In this document: in pieces, positions 40,534 to 54,146 of the stretch | Layout of the letters: each line of letters begins with the position of its first letter | How positions within the stretch are numbered: position 1 is the stretch's first letter | Assembly: GCF_006345805.1 (NCBI RefSeq) | Contig: NC_043004.1 | Coordinates: 66,092,001 to 66,156,000 of the forward strand | Reading direction: 5' to 3' | From: Octopus sinensis | Taxonomy: Eukaryota | Length of the DNA: 64,000 nucleotides | Notes under the pieces: model-generated | Told to the model about the DNA's origin: nothing | What the model saw: the letters and a program-made list of their open reading frames with translations, nothing else | Databases searched by the model: none | Program-made: the position numbers and the translations under genes

Positions 40534-40883
40534 GCTTTTATGTATATGCATATGAAATATGTGTATACTTAAACATACATACGTATGAGCAATTTTGTGA
40601 CTGTTTGGATGTATGTCTACATTTTTGTGTCTGTAGTTATTAAAGATAACTTGAATTCTGCAGCTGGAATGGGAAGAAAAACAAAAATTCCTCATTAGGT
40701 TCCGTGTACTGTCACCAGTCGTTTTCACCGATATTATTTAATTTCCGTTTCATAACCCTGTGTTTATATTTCCAATAATATTTCCTGTTGGCATTTTAGT
40801 TGCCAATAAGAGGAGTTGGGACAGATTCAATCGTAATGCAATCTAACATCCAACAGATAATACAATAATATATATATATATAT

Positions 40884-40915
<32 letters not shown>

Positions 40916-40926
40916 TATATATATAT

Positions 40927-41024
<98 letters not shown>

Positions 41025-41802
41025 ACAAGCGTATTTGACAGTTTCGAAGAAAGCTGATGTGTGAAATGTGAAATTGTCTGTGGGCAAATTTCCACTCGGC
41101 GGCCTACATTTTGTTATAGGAAAAAAGAATAGGTGTTTCTAGATATAATTTCGATGTGATGGTTTCTAAACTAGTTTAAATTATTTCCTTCATACGTGCA
41201 GCTTTTGGGAAACCAATTTGCAATTATCCTTTACGAAGTCTTTCTTACTTGCTTCACGTCATATGCCGGCCATGCCACGTGATATATGAAAATTAGTTTT
41301 CTGGAATCTTGTGATATAATTCGTGAAGGCGTTAAATAGATGTGTCTGTGTAAATATCCCAGACAACTTCTTGTACACTGTGTCTGCCATTAATGCATGC
41401 ACTAGTAAAGAAAGATTGCAATGCTTTTAAAAATGGATGCTTGCTAAATAATACTACCTTGGTTGTATGACCTTGGTTGTAAGACTTCGTTGTAAGAGAA
41501 ATACTGAGCTCAAAATATTAGCTGTTCAAAGTGGAATTCATTATTAAGAGCTTCACTAAATGGCAATAGAAACAAGTCTGTTATTTGCAAACTCTACGAT
41601 TTGATGTGGACCCTTAAAGTATCATGAAAACTGATAATTGTTTGTGGAAGATAACTGCTTTCAGAAAAGGATATAAATAAATGATCTTGAAAGGAAATTG
41701 TAAATTAATCTGAAATTCAGTACATTACAGAGCAGACTCATTGACTCTTCTGCGTACATCAGTCACAAAATGGAACCACTGTAGAGTTTCAGCCAATGAT
41801 AT

Positions 41803-42478
41803 TCTTTTCTACTCCCGGCACAAGTCCCGAAATTTTGGGGGAGTGGGCCAGTCGATTAGATCGACCCCTGTGCCCTATTGGTATATAATTTATTGACTCT
41901 GAAAGAATGAAAGGCAAACTCGACCTCGGCGGAATTTGAACTCAGAAGGTAGTGGCAGACGAAATACCTATTTCTTTACTCCCCACAAGGGGCTAAACAC
42001 AGAGAGGACAAGCAAGGAAAGACAAACGGATTAAGTCGCTTGTGTCGACACCAGTGCGTAAGTGGTACTTATTTAATCGACCCCGAAAGATGAAAGGCAA
42101 AGTCGACCTCGGCGGAATTTGAAATCAGAACTTAACGGCAGACGAAATAACCTATTTCTATTTCTTTACTCCCCACAAGGGGCTAAACACAGAGAGGACA
42201 ATTAAGGACAGACAAATGGATTAGGTCGATTATATCGACCCCAGTGCGTAACTGGTCCCTAATTTTCGATCCCGAAAAGATGAAAGGCAAAGTCGAACAC
42301 GGCGGAATTTGAACTCAGAACGTAACGGCAGACGAAATACTGCGAAGCATTTCACCCGGCATGCTAACGATTCTGCCAGCTTGCCGCATTCAGGAATTTG
42401 AACTCAGAACGTAGCGGCAGACGAAATACCGCTACGCAGTTCGCCCAGCGTGCTAACGTTTCTGCCACCTAGCTGCCT
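41803..42478 (-). mobile_element. SINE family A trimer with duplicated head
   Basis: (ggc)ggaatttgaa(c/a)tcagaa at 41928, 42111, 42301 and about 42392. Confidence 0.9.
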
Positions 42479-42660
42479 TTCCAAAATTGATATATTGTTT
42501 ACTATTTTACTTAGAGGAGAAATGCATGCATTTCTGTAGCGACATCTGGTTCCTTGAAAGTGATTGTTTGTGTCTGTGAATCATTCAAATTACATAAGTA
42601 AAATGAATTTTAGGAGGCAGAATTTCGATGAAAACAAAAATATTTATAACCTGTATTATA

Positions 42661-43204
42661 CGATGTTGAGTCAAAAAGTAATGCCATTTTGTTTAGGACA
42701 GGTATAATTATCAACACAGGAACATGTATCATACTTCAAAAGGAAGTTAATCCTTTGTGGATCACATCCCTACTACTCAACATAGTCACTGTTTCCCTCA
42801 ATAGCAATGATCCACCTTCGAATGAGAGCATGTATCCCTGCCCCGTAAAATTCTTTGATCCACTTCTTGACTACCTTCACACTCACCAGATTTAGCGCCT
42901 TCAGACTATCATCTCTTCGGTGTCACGAAAGAGGGTTTGAGAGGCAAACATTATTCCAGTGATGAGGAAGTGAAAACTCTAGTGAAGAATTTGCTCAAAG
43001 AACAGTCAACAGAATTTTACGGGACATGAATACATGCTCTCGTTCGAAGGTGAAACATTGCTACTGAGAGAAACAGCGACTATGTTGAAGAGTAGGGATG
43101 TGATCCAAAGAGAACAAGCTTCCTTTTGATGTTTGTTACGTGTTCCTGTGTTGATAATTATACCTGTCCTAAGCAAAATGGCATCACTTTTTGATTCACT
43201 GTTG
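42661..43204 (+). mobile_element. Mariner-derived foldback/MITE with ~200-bp inverted arms, TA TSD and transposase C-terminal remnant
   Basis: TA at 42659-60 and 43205-06. Arms about 42661-42858 and 43008-43204. 42874-43095 translates PSHSPDLAPSDYHLFGVTKEGLRGKHYSSDEEVKTLVKNLLKEQSTEFYGT*IHALVRR*NIATERNSDYVEE*. Confidence 0.93.
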
Positions 43205-43919
43205 TATTTCACCAGCTTTAATAAAACTTAAGAATCACTGGATCTATTGTGGGGATTCCCTGATTACAAAGGTCACACTTGGATTATTTATTGGTGGACT
43301 TAAATTTATACCAACTGATTTTTCCTTTACAGTGGGTCTACGCAAATTGTGTGATTTTTTCGTCGAAATAACATGACAAATAATACAAATCACAACACAA
43401 TGTACGATTGTGTACCTTGAACTGAACTCGCTGTTGGTAAATAAAATGTTTATAATGGGAAAATATATTTTGCACCACTTCTTAGATTCAGCGAAATGAA
43501 ATATTTTACGAGTGATTTCGACTGTGAAAATAGTGATTGCCAATACTAAGTAGACAAACTCAGTGGAATACTAAATGCAAATCAATGTTGTCATGATGCA
43601 CTATACTCTAGCTAGAAATCGTGCATTATTAACCACAAAAATAGTCATTGGAGCATCAAGGCGAATCGATAGAATGTTACGCATATTATGTTACTCAGTA
43701 AAAGTTTTGTTAATTTCTTGGTCATTCTAAGTGCATTCCTCAAAGATTTATTACGTGCGGAAGTTGATCGGGTGAAAGTACAAGGACAATACTTAAATGC
43801 AGAATTTTATTGTATATTTCATGGCGTTAGGCAGCTTATTAGAGTTGATGCATTTCAGTACAGTGTTTAATACGCTGCCTTTTCTGTTCTTGAACAGAGA
43901 ATATCGTTCGTGATCAGAA

Positions 43920-44085
43920 ACATTTCTCCTGTCTCTGGACGTTCCCTGTTCAAATCCGCCACAGTTGGCATTGTCTTTCATCCTTTCAAAATGGAGAAAA
44001 TATATATAACTCAAGTACCGGAATCAATGTAATCGATTTAAACTCTCCCCCCAAACTGCCGGACTTCTGCCAAAATTTAAAACCT
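43920..44085 (+). mobile_element. Degenerate SINE family A
   Basis: gttcaaatccgcc..tctttcatcctttc..atcaatgtaatcga..gccaaaatttaaaacc. Confidence 0.6.
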
Positions 44086-44242
44086 TTTTAAAGTCCATCA
44101 CCGTCCATTTTAATCGGATTAAAAACATTTTACCATCTTTCTAATTTATCTGCATTACGATCTATCCTTCCTATTTAATGAAAAAATGTGTTTGTTTAGT
44201 GTATATTTATTGCTATTATATCTATCAGGACTAGTAGAATCA

Positions 44243-44658
44243 TCGTAGTAGTGGCTGTGTGGTAAGTAGCTTGCTTACCAACCACATGGTTCCGGGTTCA
44301 GTCCCACTGAGTGGCACCTTGGGCAAATGTCTTCTGCTATAGCCTCGAGCCGACCAAAGTCTTGTGAGTGGATTTGTTAGACGGAAACTGAAAATAGCCC
44401 GTCCTATATATGTATATATATGTATATATGTATGTTTGTGTATAAGTTTGTGAGTGTGTGTTTGTTTCCCCAACATAACTTGACAACCGATGCTGGTGTG
44501 TTTATGTCCCCGTAACTTAGCGGTTCGGAAAAGAGACCGGTAGAATAAGTACGAGGCTTACAAAGAATAAGACCTGCGCTCGATTTACTCGACTAAAGGC
44601 GGTGCTCCAGCATGACCACACTCAAGTGACTGAAACAAGTAAAAGCGAGTAAAGAGTA
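44243..44658 (+). mobile_element. Full-length SINE family B (CORE-like, octopus OR2-like)
   Basis: A box tggctgtgtggt, B box gggttcagtcc, CORE-like caccttgggcaaatgtctt, internal TA/TG tract, 3' ggcggtgctccagcatg..ctgaaacaagtaaaag. Confidence 0.9.
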
Positions 44659-45416
44659 TTATACCAACGTACGCAATTTACAAGTTTGAAAATTCTCATT
44701 ATACGCGCAGTCACACATATGCAGACACGTAGAGAGTGTGATGCTGATGCAGTGCAGCACAAGATTAAGTCAACGTTATATGAGTTCGATAGTAATGATA
44801 ATGTCCATCCAGATATTTAATCTGACGAAGTATTGTTTCTGTTGCACTATATCAACGTTTTATGTGAGAATACCAGCCAAGGCTGTCATACAGCTGATGA
44901 CATTACAGGAAATGTTACGCTAGCTTTCATGTCTCACAGTATTTAATATAATTCCAGAAACGTTGCTTGAACCGAATGTAAATTTTATCTTTCCGTAGGG
45001 GTCAATGAAATATATAAAAAATACGACCACGATATTGGAGTTTATTCGATCAATAATATCACAATTGGTGTGATATATTGTTCTGGAAAATAAGTACGTA
45101 ATCAACCTCCCTATTGTCTTTTGAACAATGGTTCAAGAATATTCCATCAGGATAATTATGTTATTAATTATTATTTCTTTTGATCGCATGTTTACTCTAC
45201 TTATTTTACCAAGTCAATCTTACTGTCCACGTGATCATCATAAAAAGAAAAAAAAATTCGTTGCTGTGTCAGTTTTTACCGAAAACCCACTGAAGTAAAT
45301 ATCCGCCACCAAATACAAAAGGTGTTATAAAAACATGTATATAGAGGATAGTCACGAACATAATAGCACTAACGCTGATTTACTCTTGTAAGTGTATATG
45401 CATGCATGTGTGTATG

Positions 45417-45508
<92 letters not shown>

Positions 45509-45574
45509 ACTGTGTGTATATGTCTGTGTATTTGTGTATTTGTGTGTGTATGAGTGTGTGTTTGTGTGAGTGTA

Positions 45575-45805
45575 TTGGAAGCTGGATGACTTAGCGGTTG
45601 GTGTGCAGCACTCACGATCACGAGATCCTAGTTTCCTAGACCGGCCAAGTGTGGAGCTCTTTAGCACAATATTTCATTTCGCCTTCCTTCAGTCTACTAA
45701 GCTATAAGTAGTGAATGCTGGTCTCTCCACCCAGCCAGTGGTGTGGCATCATTCAGAAGTTAAAACGATGCGAAAATGATTGTGGCCGGTGATAGCCTGG
45801 TCAAC
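45575..45805 (+). mobile_element. Degenerate chimeric SINE (D-like middle, family C 3' end)
   Basis: agccagtggtgtggcatcattcagaagttaaaacgatgcgaa matches the family C tail; atttcatttc..cagtctact matches the D-like copies. Confidence 0.55.
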
Positions 45806-46218
45806 CATGGCTGTGTGGTAAGAAGATTTCTTTCGAACCACATGGTTCTGGTTTCATTCCCACTGCGTGTCACGTTAGGGAAGTGTCTCCTTCTATAGCC
45901 TCGGGCCAACCAAAGTCTTGTGAGTGGAATTGGTAGACGGAAACTGAAAGAAACCCGCCATATATATATATATATGTGTGTGTGTATACGACGGGCATGT
46001 GTATGTATGTATTTGTGTGTCAGTATTTGTCCCCACACTGTCACTTGACACTGATGTTGTTGTGTTTACGTCCCCATCACATGGAGGTTCGGCAAAAGAG
46101 GCCAATAGAATTAGTACTAGGCTGACAAAGAATAAGTCCTGGGGTCAATTTGTTCGACTAAAGGCGGTGGTCCAGCATCGTCGCAGTCAAATAACCGAAA
46201 CAAATAAAAAGAGTAGAG
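45806..46218 (+). mobile_element. Full-length SINE family B
   Basis: Colinear with 44243-44658. Confidence 0.9.
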
Positions 46219-46241
46219 TATATAAACACAAACACACACAC

Positions 46242-46283
<42 letters not shown>

Positions 46284-46852
46284 GTATGTGTATATGGAAG
46301 TCAATTCGGAGAGTCGCCGGTGGGTCGTATAAATTGATTTACCTTAGTCGTTCCACATCTCTGCATTGTAATTTAAAAGTCTTCCGAGGTTATATTTGGC
46401 TTTCAATCTTCCTTATATTGATAATACCATCGAATTTCACCTGTATATTTCTTGCTTTTTTATTGTACTTGTACTTTTCTGTACTTTGTTTTTTTTTCTC
46501 ACTTTCTCTCCAGAAGAATAAAACTGTCAAAAGGAAGAGTGGTGAACTCCAACAGTGAACAAACTTCAAAGATGCCCTATACGACACCATCAAACAGTAA
46601 AGGACTCTTGGCCTAATCTTTTTTGCATATATTGATGTGTGCGTGTATACGTGTCCGTGTGCGTGCGTGCGTGTATGTGTGTTGAGATTAATTTAAATTT
46701 ATCCAAGTGTTACCTACCAAGGACCCTCAAAGCACACAATGATGTAGAATGCAGTAACTAACTACTGAATAATACAGGTGGGACAGAAACACTTGCCAAC
46801 ATTATCTTTGCGTAGACACTGATATGACAGAATACAGCTGCACACATGATAG

Positions 46853-46998
46853 ATAGCTGTGTGGTAAGAAGCTTGGTTCTCAACCACATGGTTTCGGGTT
46901 CAGTCCCACTGTGTGGCGGCTTCTGCAAGAGTCTCCTACTATAGCCACGTGTCAGAAAGATCTGTAAATGGATTACGTTGACTGAAACTGAAAGTCGT
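46853..46998 (+). mobile_element. 5' half of SINE family B
   Basis: gctgtgtggtaagaagctt..aaccacatggtttcgggttcagtcccactg. Confidence 0.85.
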
Positions 46999-47305
46999 GT
47001 ATATATATATATATATATATACATATGATGATACCTTCATCTTGGCAGATGAACTCAGAAAGCACACCTCATCACACATTACAATCACTCCATTGGCGAG
47101 CTATTATCTGACTTTTCAGACCAGCTGCTGTTTGAACAAGTCTAAATCACAATGACTGATATTATTCCAGATTCTTCTATATCTTTGCTCCTTGGAACCT
47201 GATTAGCATGTCTTTTAATTCTAGATATTGTCTGACATGTTTTTTGACATATGACACAAGTCTTAAGGGGTGGTTGATGCCAACACTATTACCTAGCTAT
47301 ACATA

Positions 47306-47376
<71 letters not shown>

Positions 47377-47825
47377 GACATGTCTCTGCGTGAGTGTATA
47401 TATATATATATGTGCGTGTGTTGTGTATGAGTGTGTGTATATGATTGTGTAAGTGTGTGAGTGTGTACGCTTGCCAACTGGGACAAAAGGGAAATGGCCA
47501 CCTGGCAATGAAAGATATGTATATCGTTCCTCGAATATGGTATAAATTCATCTGGAAAAGAACAGTGGGAAATTACTAAATTAAATCTGATCTGGAAAAA
47601 TGAAGAAACAATAATTTTATTCATAGTTTTTAGGGAATTATCAAAAATCATGGAGATCGATACTCCTGTATATACCACACATACAAAATGTAAGTAACGA
47701 ATTAGGAACACCAGGCACATCCATATATAGTATGTAGGTCATGCGCAGCACAGTAAATGTAAGAAAACCAAAACAGTCAATTGTGCAGTAATTTTACGAA
47801 AGAAACTCTAATATTAAATGGTAGA

Positions 47826-48118
<293 letters not shown>

Positions 48119-48119
48119 G

Positions 48120-48614
48120 CCACCATGGCTTCTGATCTTAACTGATCTGAAGTGTTATCATGTACATTGTTTTGTCTTGGTATAAAAGATGGGCTACAGC
48201 AAATATTCTGCTCATAACACAGATTTGCTTGTCAGTTGTTTGACCATAACCAGTTGAGCATGTCCCTTAGTGGCTGATGATACGTGCTTCTCTGATCACG
48301 AGTAGATGTACTGGGGGAGCATCATAGGCATGTGTTGAGAGGGATTATTTGGGGTTTGAATAATTCACCTCTGGAAACTTGGCTGTTTCGTTCAATATCC
48401 TTAAACAACAATTATTCAAGAAATTTCTAACTGGGCCCCACCTGTAAGATCATGTGCTGTTTATCTTGATATGAGGACACCATGTCGCGCAGATATGGTT
48501 GTGATGTATGTGTCTAGTGTACGGGTAGTCGTGATGGGTATACTGGACTTCGTATATTTTACCCCGGTATCACTTTGATGGCATAAGCTGCTCTCTCACT
48601 CAATAATAATAATA
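48120..48614 (+). mobile_element. Interspersed repeat family E, ending in (AAT)n (probable non-autonomous retroelement)
   Basis: Inverted copy at 56940-57280 and fragment at 22612-22760; abuts (AAT)n on both sides. Confidence 0.8.
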
Positions 48615-48781
48615 AAAGACATATGCATACATTACGACACACGTGTTTAGTTGTTTGTGGTTGTTTATACACGTTTGTGAATGTGCAGATGTGTGTGTGT
48701 GTGTGTGTGATTTACTATGCTTGCAGTGAGAATAAGTGCTAGTGACAGAAAGCAATGGAATTGTGTATAAGGGTATGTATG

Positions 48782-48825
<44 letters not shown>

Positions 48826-48872
48826 TATATACATACATACTATACTACATATATATATATACATATATATAC

Positions 48873-48903
<31 letters not shown>

Positions 48904-48904
48904 G

Positions 48905-48972
<68 letters not shown>

Positions 48973-48991
48973 TATATATATATTATATATA

Positions 48992-49322
48992 TAAAACATT
49001 ATTGGTGAATGAAGAAATGGAGCTGAACGCAGATGAACAGAAATGTTTTATTTCATTCTACACACGTGTTTCGAAAGGCACAAATTACCAAAATCCGATT
49101 GAATAATGGACCATATTGTGTCTTCTCTTCAGGAAGAAAAACAGAATGGCTCCATTTCTTCAATTCACCAATAATGTTTTAATTTCAATTATCCGCACCA
49201 ACGCACGGTTGCAACGCCATATGGTTACCTCCAACCGTGCTGTTACTGTGATTTTTGCTACTAAGGTATCGGTTAAACTTTTGATTAATCTACTACAAGA
49301 TATTCATCTTTCTATTTCACAT
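48992..49322 (-). mobile_element. Inverted-arm element in (TA)n carrying a hammerhead
   Basis: Inverted repeat 48992-49023/49149-49181 (one indel); (TA)n on both sides. Confidence 0.8.
49056..49135 (-). ncRNA. Type I hammerhead ribozyme with long stem-loop II
   Basis: Minus strand TTC-CTGAAGA-GAAGACACAAT...ATTTGTGCCTTTC-GAAACAC-gt-GTGTA-GAA. G10.1-C11.1 pair present; GUA triplet. Confidence 0.7.
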
Positions 49323-49337
49323 ATATAATATATATAG

Positions 49338-49369
<32 letters not shown>

Positions 49370-49796
49370 CATACATATACATACATATTATATACATATA
49401 TATACCATATGTATGTATGTATGTGTATGTATGTATGTATGTATGTATGTGTACCCCAGTGCTAACGCTGCCTCTCTCTCTTTAATTCAATCTACATTTA
49501 ATCAGTCCTTTCCTATTTCTCCTCTCCATCTCATTCTAAATGTAATTAGTGCTACATTTAAAACTAAGCTCTAATGTACTTGATGAATCTTCGGAAAACA
49601 CTCAATGCTTTTTATCAAATACGTTGCTTTTTCTCTTCAATTTCTGTTACGTTTCCATTTATATTTTTAAACTTTATTTTATTTATATATCATTTGGTTT
49701 TATAGTCTTTCTTTCTTAATACGATTTCGCATATTTATCTATGAAACATTAATTCTCCCACTACTTTAGTACTAACTAGTATTTGCGTTTGTTGTC

Positions 49797-49834
<38 letters not shown>

Positions 49835-50380
49835 CATTATTATTATTATTATTATCACCATCTCCTTCCCATCATCATCATCGTTATCATCATCATCATT
49901 ATTTTCATCATCATCGTCATCATCATTATCAACATCATCGTTATCGTGGTCGTCGTCGTCGTCGTCATCATCATAATCATCATCATCATCATCATCATCA
50001 TCATTATCATCATCATCATCATCACTATTACTACCATTATTATCGTTATTATATTGGTTATTTGTGTTATGACTATCATAATTTTCATTCTCTTATTACT
50101 ATAATTAGTATTTTGGCCATTATTATTATTATCGTATTTACTATTATCATCGTTGTTGTTGTTGCTGTTGCTGTTGTTATTATTATTATTAGTAGTAGTA
50201 GTAGTAGTAGTAGTAGTAATAGTAGTAGTAGTAGAAGTAGTAGTAGTAGAAGTAGTAGTAGTAGTAATAGTAGTAGTAGTAGAAGTAGTAGTAGTGGTAG
50301 TAGTAGTGATATTAGTAGTTGTAGTAGTAGTGGTAGTGGTAGTAGTAGTAATAGTAGTAGTAGTAGTAACAGTAGTAGTA

Positions 50381-50427
<47 letters not shown>

Positions 50428-50688
50428 TAGTAGTAGTAGTAGTAGTGGTGGTATCGTTGCTGGTGCTGTTATTTTCCATGCATTCTCTCTGAGTCTAGTT
50501 ATCTCTTGTTTACCATTCCAATATTTCTCCCATCAATTCTTCATTCCTTTCTTTACGCATTTCATCTGCAATTATTTGCCCAAACCTTTCTCCTCCTTTC
50601 CCTTTCTTTTTCTCTTTTTTTTTTTACTAATTCTATTTTATGTTTGCTTTTCTTTTACGGAGTGTTTCGGCGGGGTGTGGGAATTGGC

Positions 50689-50762
<74 letters not shown>

Positions 50763-51050
50763 ACTACTACTACTACTACTACTGCCACTACCGCCACCAC
50801 CACTACTACTACTAATACTACTGCTGCTGCGACTACTGCTGCTGCTTCTGCTACTGCTGGTTCTGTTGCGATAGTTGCTTCTGCTGCCGCTTAAAATGAT
50901 GATGATGATGATGTCGATTATTATGATTATGAAAATGATGCTAATGACGATGGTGTTAATGATAAAAATGATGATGATGACGATTGTGTTGATCATGATG
51001 ATATGCTTTCTTTTAGGTTTTCTATTTTGTTTTGTTTTGTTCTGTTTACT
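49797..51050. repeat. Mosaic of trinucleotide tracts (AAT, ATC, AGT, CTA, CTG, GAT)
   Basis: Direct reading. Confidence 0.95.
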
Positions 51051-52929
51051 ATTCACTCCTCCGAGACGGATTTCTATGTTCTTTGTTCATCAGTGTTAAG
51101 CATATTTACTCAATGACATCGAAGTAGTAGAAAGCAACAGCCGCAGTTGCGCACTACGCCAACAACTGTAGCAACACCAGCAAGACTACCATCACCATCT
51201 CAAAGAAAATCTGCATTTGTAATAAATGAATGACAGTAGAATGTATGCAGTCGCTCTGCCTACGAGCTATTTCAACCAAATTTGTCTCATGTCGCAGTAT
51301 CTTGAATCTTTGAAATAATTCATTTGAAAAGAAACGAGACAGATTGTTAGCAGATGAACGTACTTTGCTTATGCGCTTACATCATAAAAAGACTGGTATT
51401 TTCACATCATACACAACACTAACAAAACAAGTCTCGTACAAATCCCGACTCGGTCCTCCACTTTACTATGTATAACAGTGGAATCTCAATTAAATCATAT
51501 CAAATCTCCAAGATTCCTTAGAAATGTAAGGTACATGTCTTATAGTTCTTTCCTGTATGTCCGTGGGAATTTCTAACCACGCAATCACTGTTGGACTGCA
51601 TTAAATGCAACGAGAAACTTAAAATGAACAGCATTTACTCCCTATATATCTTATATATTAGATTTCGCTCAATTTTTCTTAAGCCCTTGGGTATATTATT
51701 GTACTTCATGTATTATCGAATTGCCACCGCGGTCTCTTTTCCACTAATCTGTTATGCTGTAAACTGCAAACTCTCTGTAAACTATAACATTCTAGACAAA
51801 TTTCAAGAATAAATTTGATCAAACACTAAAGGCATCAAGTTTTACGTTGATATCCTAATTTTCTATTGTTTGCGTGATATATGGGACATTTGTCAATGTG
51901 TCGTCTGTTTCCGGTTATGTTAGTGATATAGAACTTATCCAAGTGCACCTGAGTTAAACAGCAATGGTTACACTTTATGAACTCCACCGATAACACATGT
52001 TAATATGGATGTTTAACAATAACTCAAGGCAACGAACTTCGGTGGTGGTGAAACAATATATTACTGACAGCTGTCGTATCAACACCAGGCCAATGAACGA
52101 TGAAGTATGAAGGGTGAACATCAAAGGATTGTTATTCAATAACACAAATCTTACCAGCATATAATGAAGACACATATTTCTGAAAGTTTTGACACTACCA
52201 TTAACAGTAGCAATGACTTAGACAACCAATAAATAACTTATTTTAATGAAACTTCTTTTGTAGTAACGCAAAAGAAGATCGAATATCAGCAAGGCATCAG
52301 TGTCTATAAGGGTTATTTGACTAGCTTGAATTCACAAACAGATCTGCCAAAATCACACACTATAGACATTAAAAATCAAAGATAGTTTAGGAGACGTATT
52401 TGTAGATATACCACAAATTCAGGATAATCATTGGTCTGTTCAACAGCCGAAACTGCTTTGAAGCAAAGGCATGACTGGTGTAGTTTAAAGGAAATATATG
52501 TTGCCCATATAAATATATGCACACTATTAAACAAACTACATCTGCACACATCCCACAAAAATTTGAAGTTCGGGCAAATATGGTGTTGTTTAACATAGAT
52601 ATGGGTACATATATGTGTTAATGCGCACTTTTTCAATTTAAATAGCGCTATGTTTTCTCTGAAATACATTGATCCTTGCGTCATGTTGTAGCCTTTTGAA
52701 TATCCCGTTTTTGTAGGATATCAACAACCACTTTGCATAATTTGTCTTCGCTTTTTAAGCACGTGACTTGAAGAGATCTAGCTACAACGTCCAGATTGGA
52801 AAATGTTTATATGTATGTATGTTTATATACATCATATACATAATATATATATATATATATATATATAGATATATATATATACACACACACACATATCTAT
52901 CTATCTATCTATCTATATATATATATATA

Positions 52930-53221
52930 TCATCACGTGACCGACCAGTCCATCAGATGTAGTTACACATCGCTGGTCACAATGCGTTCGCATTGTTTTA
53001 TCCTTCGAATGACGCCACCCCGCTGGCTAAGCGAGCAGGCCAAAAGAAGAAAGAGTGGTGAAAGAGTACAGCAGGGATCACCCCCCCCCCCTGCCGGAGC
53101 CTCGTGGAGCTTTTAGGTGTTTTCGCTCAATAAACACTCACAACGCCCGGTCTGGGAATCGAAACCGCGATCCTACGACCGCGAGTCCGCTGCCCTAACC
53201 ACTAGGCCATTGCACCTCCAC
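52930..53221 (-). mobile_element. Full-length SINE family C (OR1-like)
   Basis: Colinear with 11150-11457; intact A/B boxes. Confidence 0.88.
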
Positions 53222-53929
53222 TATATATATGGATAAGTAGATAAGTATGTATATACATATATATTTCTTCCTATCAGGGCTGACATTGGTGTTCGTCACC
53301 ACCATCACCTTTGCCCTTACCACAATTACCACTAACATCCACACCTGCTGCATATTTGAGACTCTCACTGTTTCTCTCTCGCTCTCTCTCTCTCTCTATC
53401 TATCTATCTCTCAGTCTATTAATTTGCTGGAAATACCAACCAAAACCTCACGTCTAAAGGTATGATAAATGACGAACACATTTGTAATATACTAATACAT
53501 TCTTTATGTATGGATATGTGGGATAATTATATTTCCGAAGGACTAGATTAAATGTGCGCAGTATTTGGGACAAGCTATTTTTGAGAATCGTCACTGTCGA
53601 CTGCATATCATCGACCTTCAGTTATGAGAAATGTGATATAAATTATAGTAAAGAACTGTACGTTCATATATTCATCGCTAAAGGTGGAATGCGTAGTAAA
53701 CAGATCAGTTGGTCTTTAGTCCGTCACTTTTGATTATTTGTCTGCTATTTTAGACTTGACCGGGAACTGAGCAGCTATACTATTCTTAGATAACGAAATA
53801 TAACACTCAGTTTTTCTAGACATTGTGTGGTAAGTGGAGGCAATTGTACTGGAGGGAAACCTGTCGTTCTTGTTGACTCCGAGTAGAAATATATGCTTTG
53901 ATTAGAAATGTGAAGTTTTTACTCAGTAT

Positions 53930-54146
53930 TATCTTTCTGCTCTAGGCACAAGGCTCGAAATTTTTAGGGAGCTGGCCACTGAATTAAATTCCACCTCACT
54001 ACGCAACTGGTACTTAATTTATCGAATTCGAAAGGATGAAAGGAAAAGTCGATCTCGGTGGAATTTGAACTTAGAACGTAAAGACAGATGAATTACCGCT
54101 AAGAATTTCGCCCGGCGTGCTAACATTTCTGCCATCTTGCCGCCTT
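53930..54146 (-). mobile_element. SINE family A monomer
   Basis: ctaggcacaagg..caactggtacttaatttatcga..ggaatttgaact..cccggcgtgctaac. Confidence 0.85.

Noticed and set aside
46514-46616. Possible plus-strand exon after a strong pyrimidine tract (RIKLSKGRVVNSNSEQTSKMPYTTPSNSKGLLA*)
   Set aside because: No recognisable homology or convincing donor; such acceptor-like sites are frequent by chance here.
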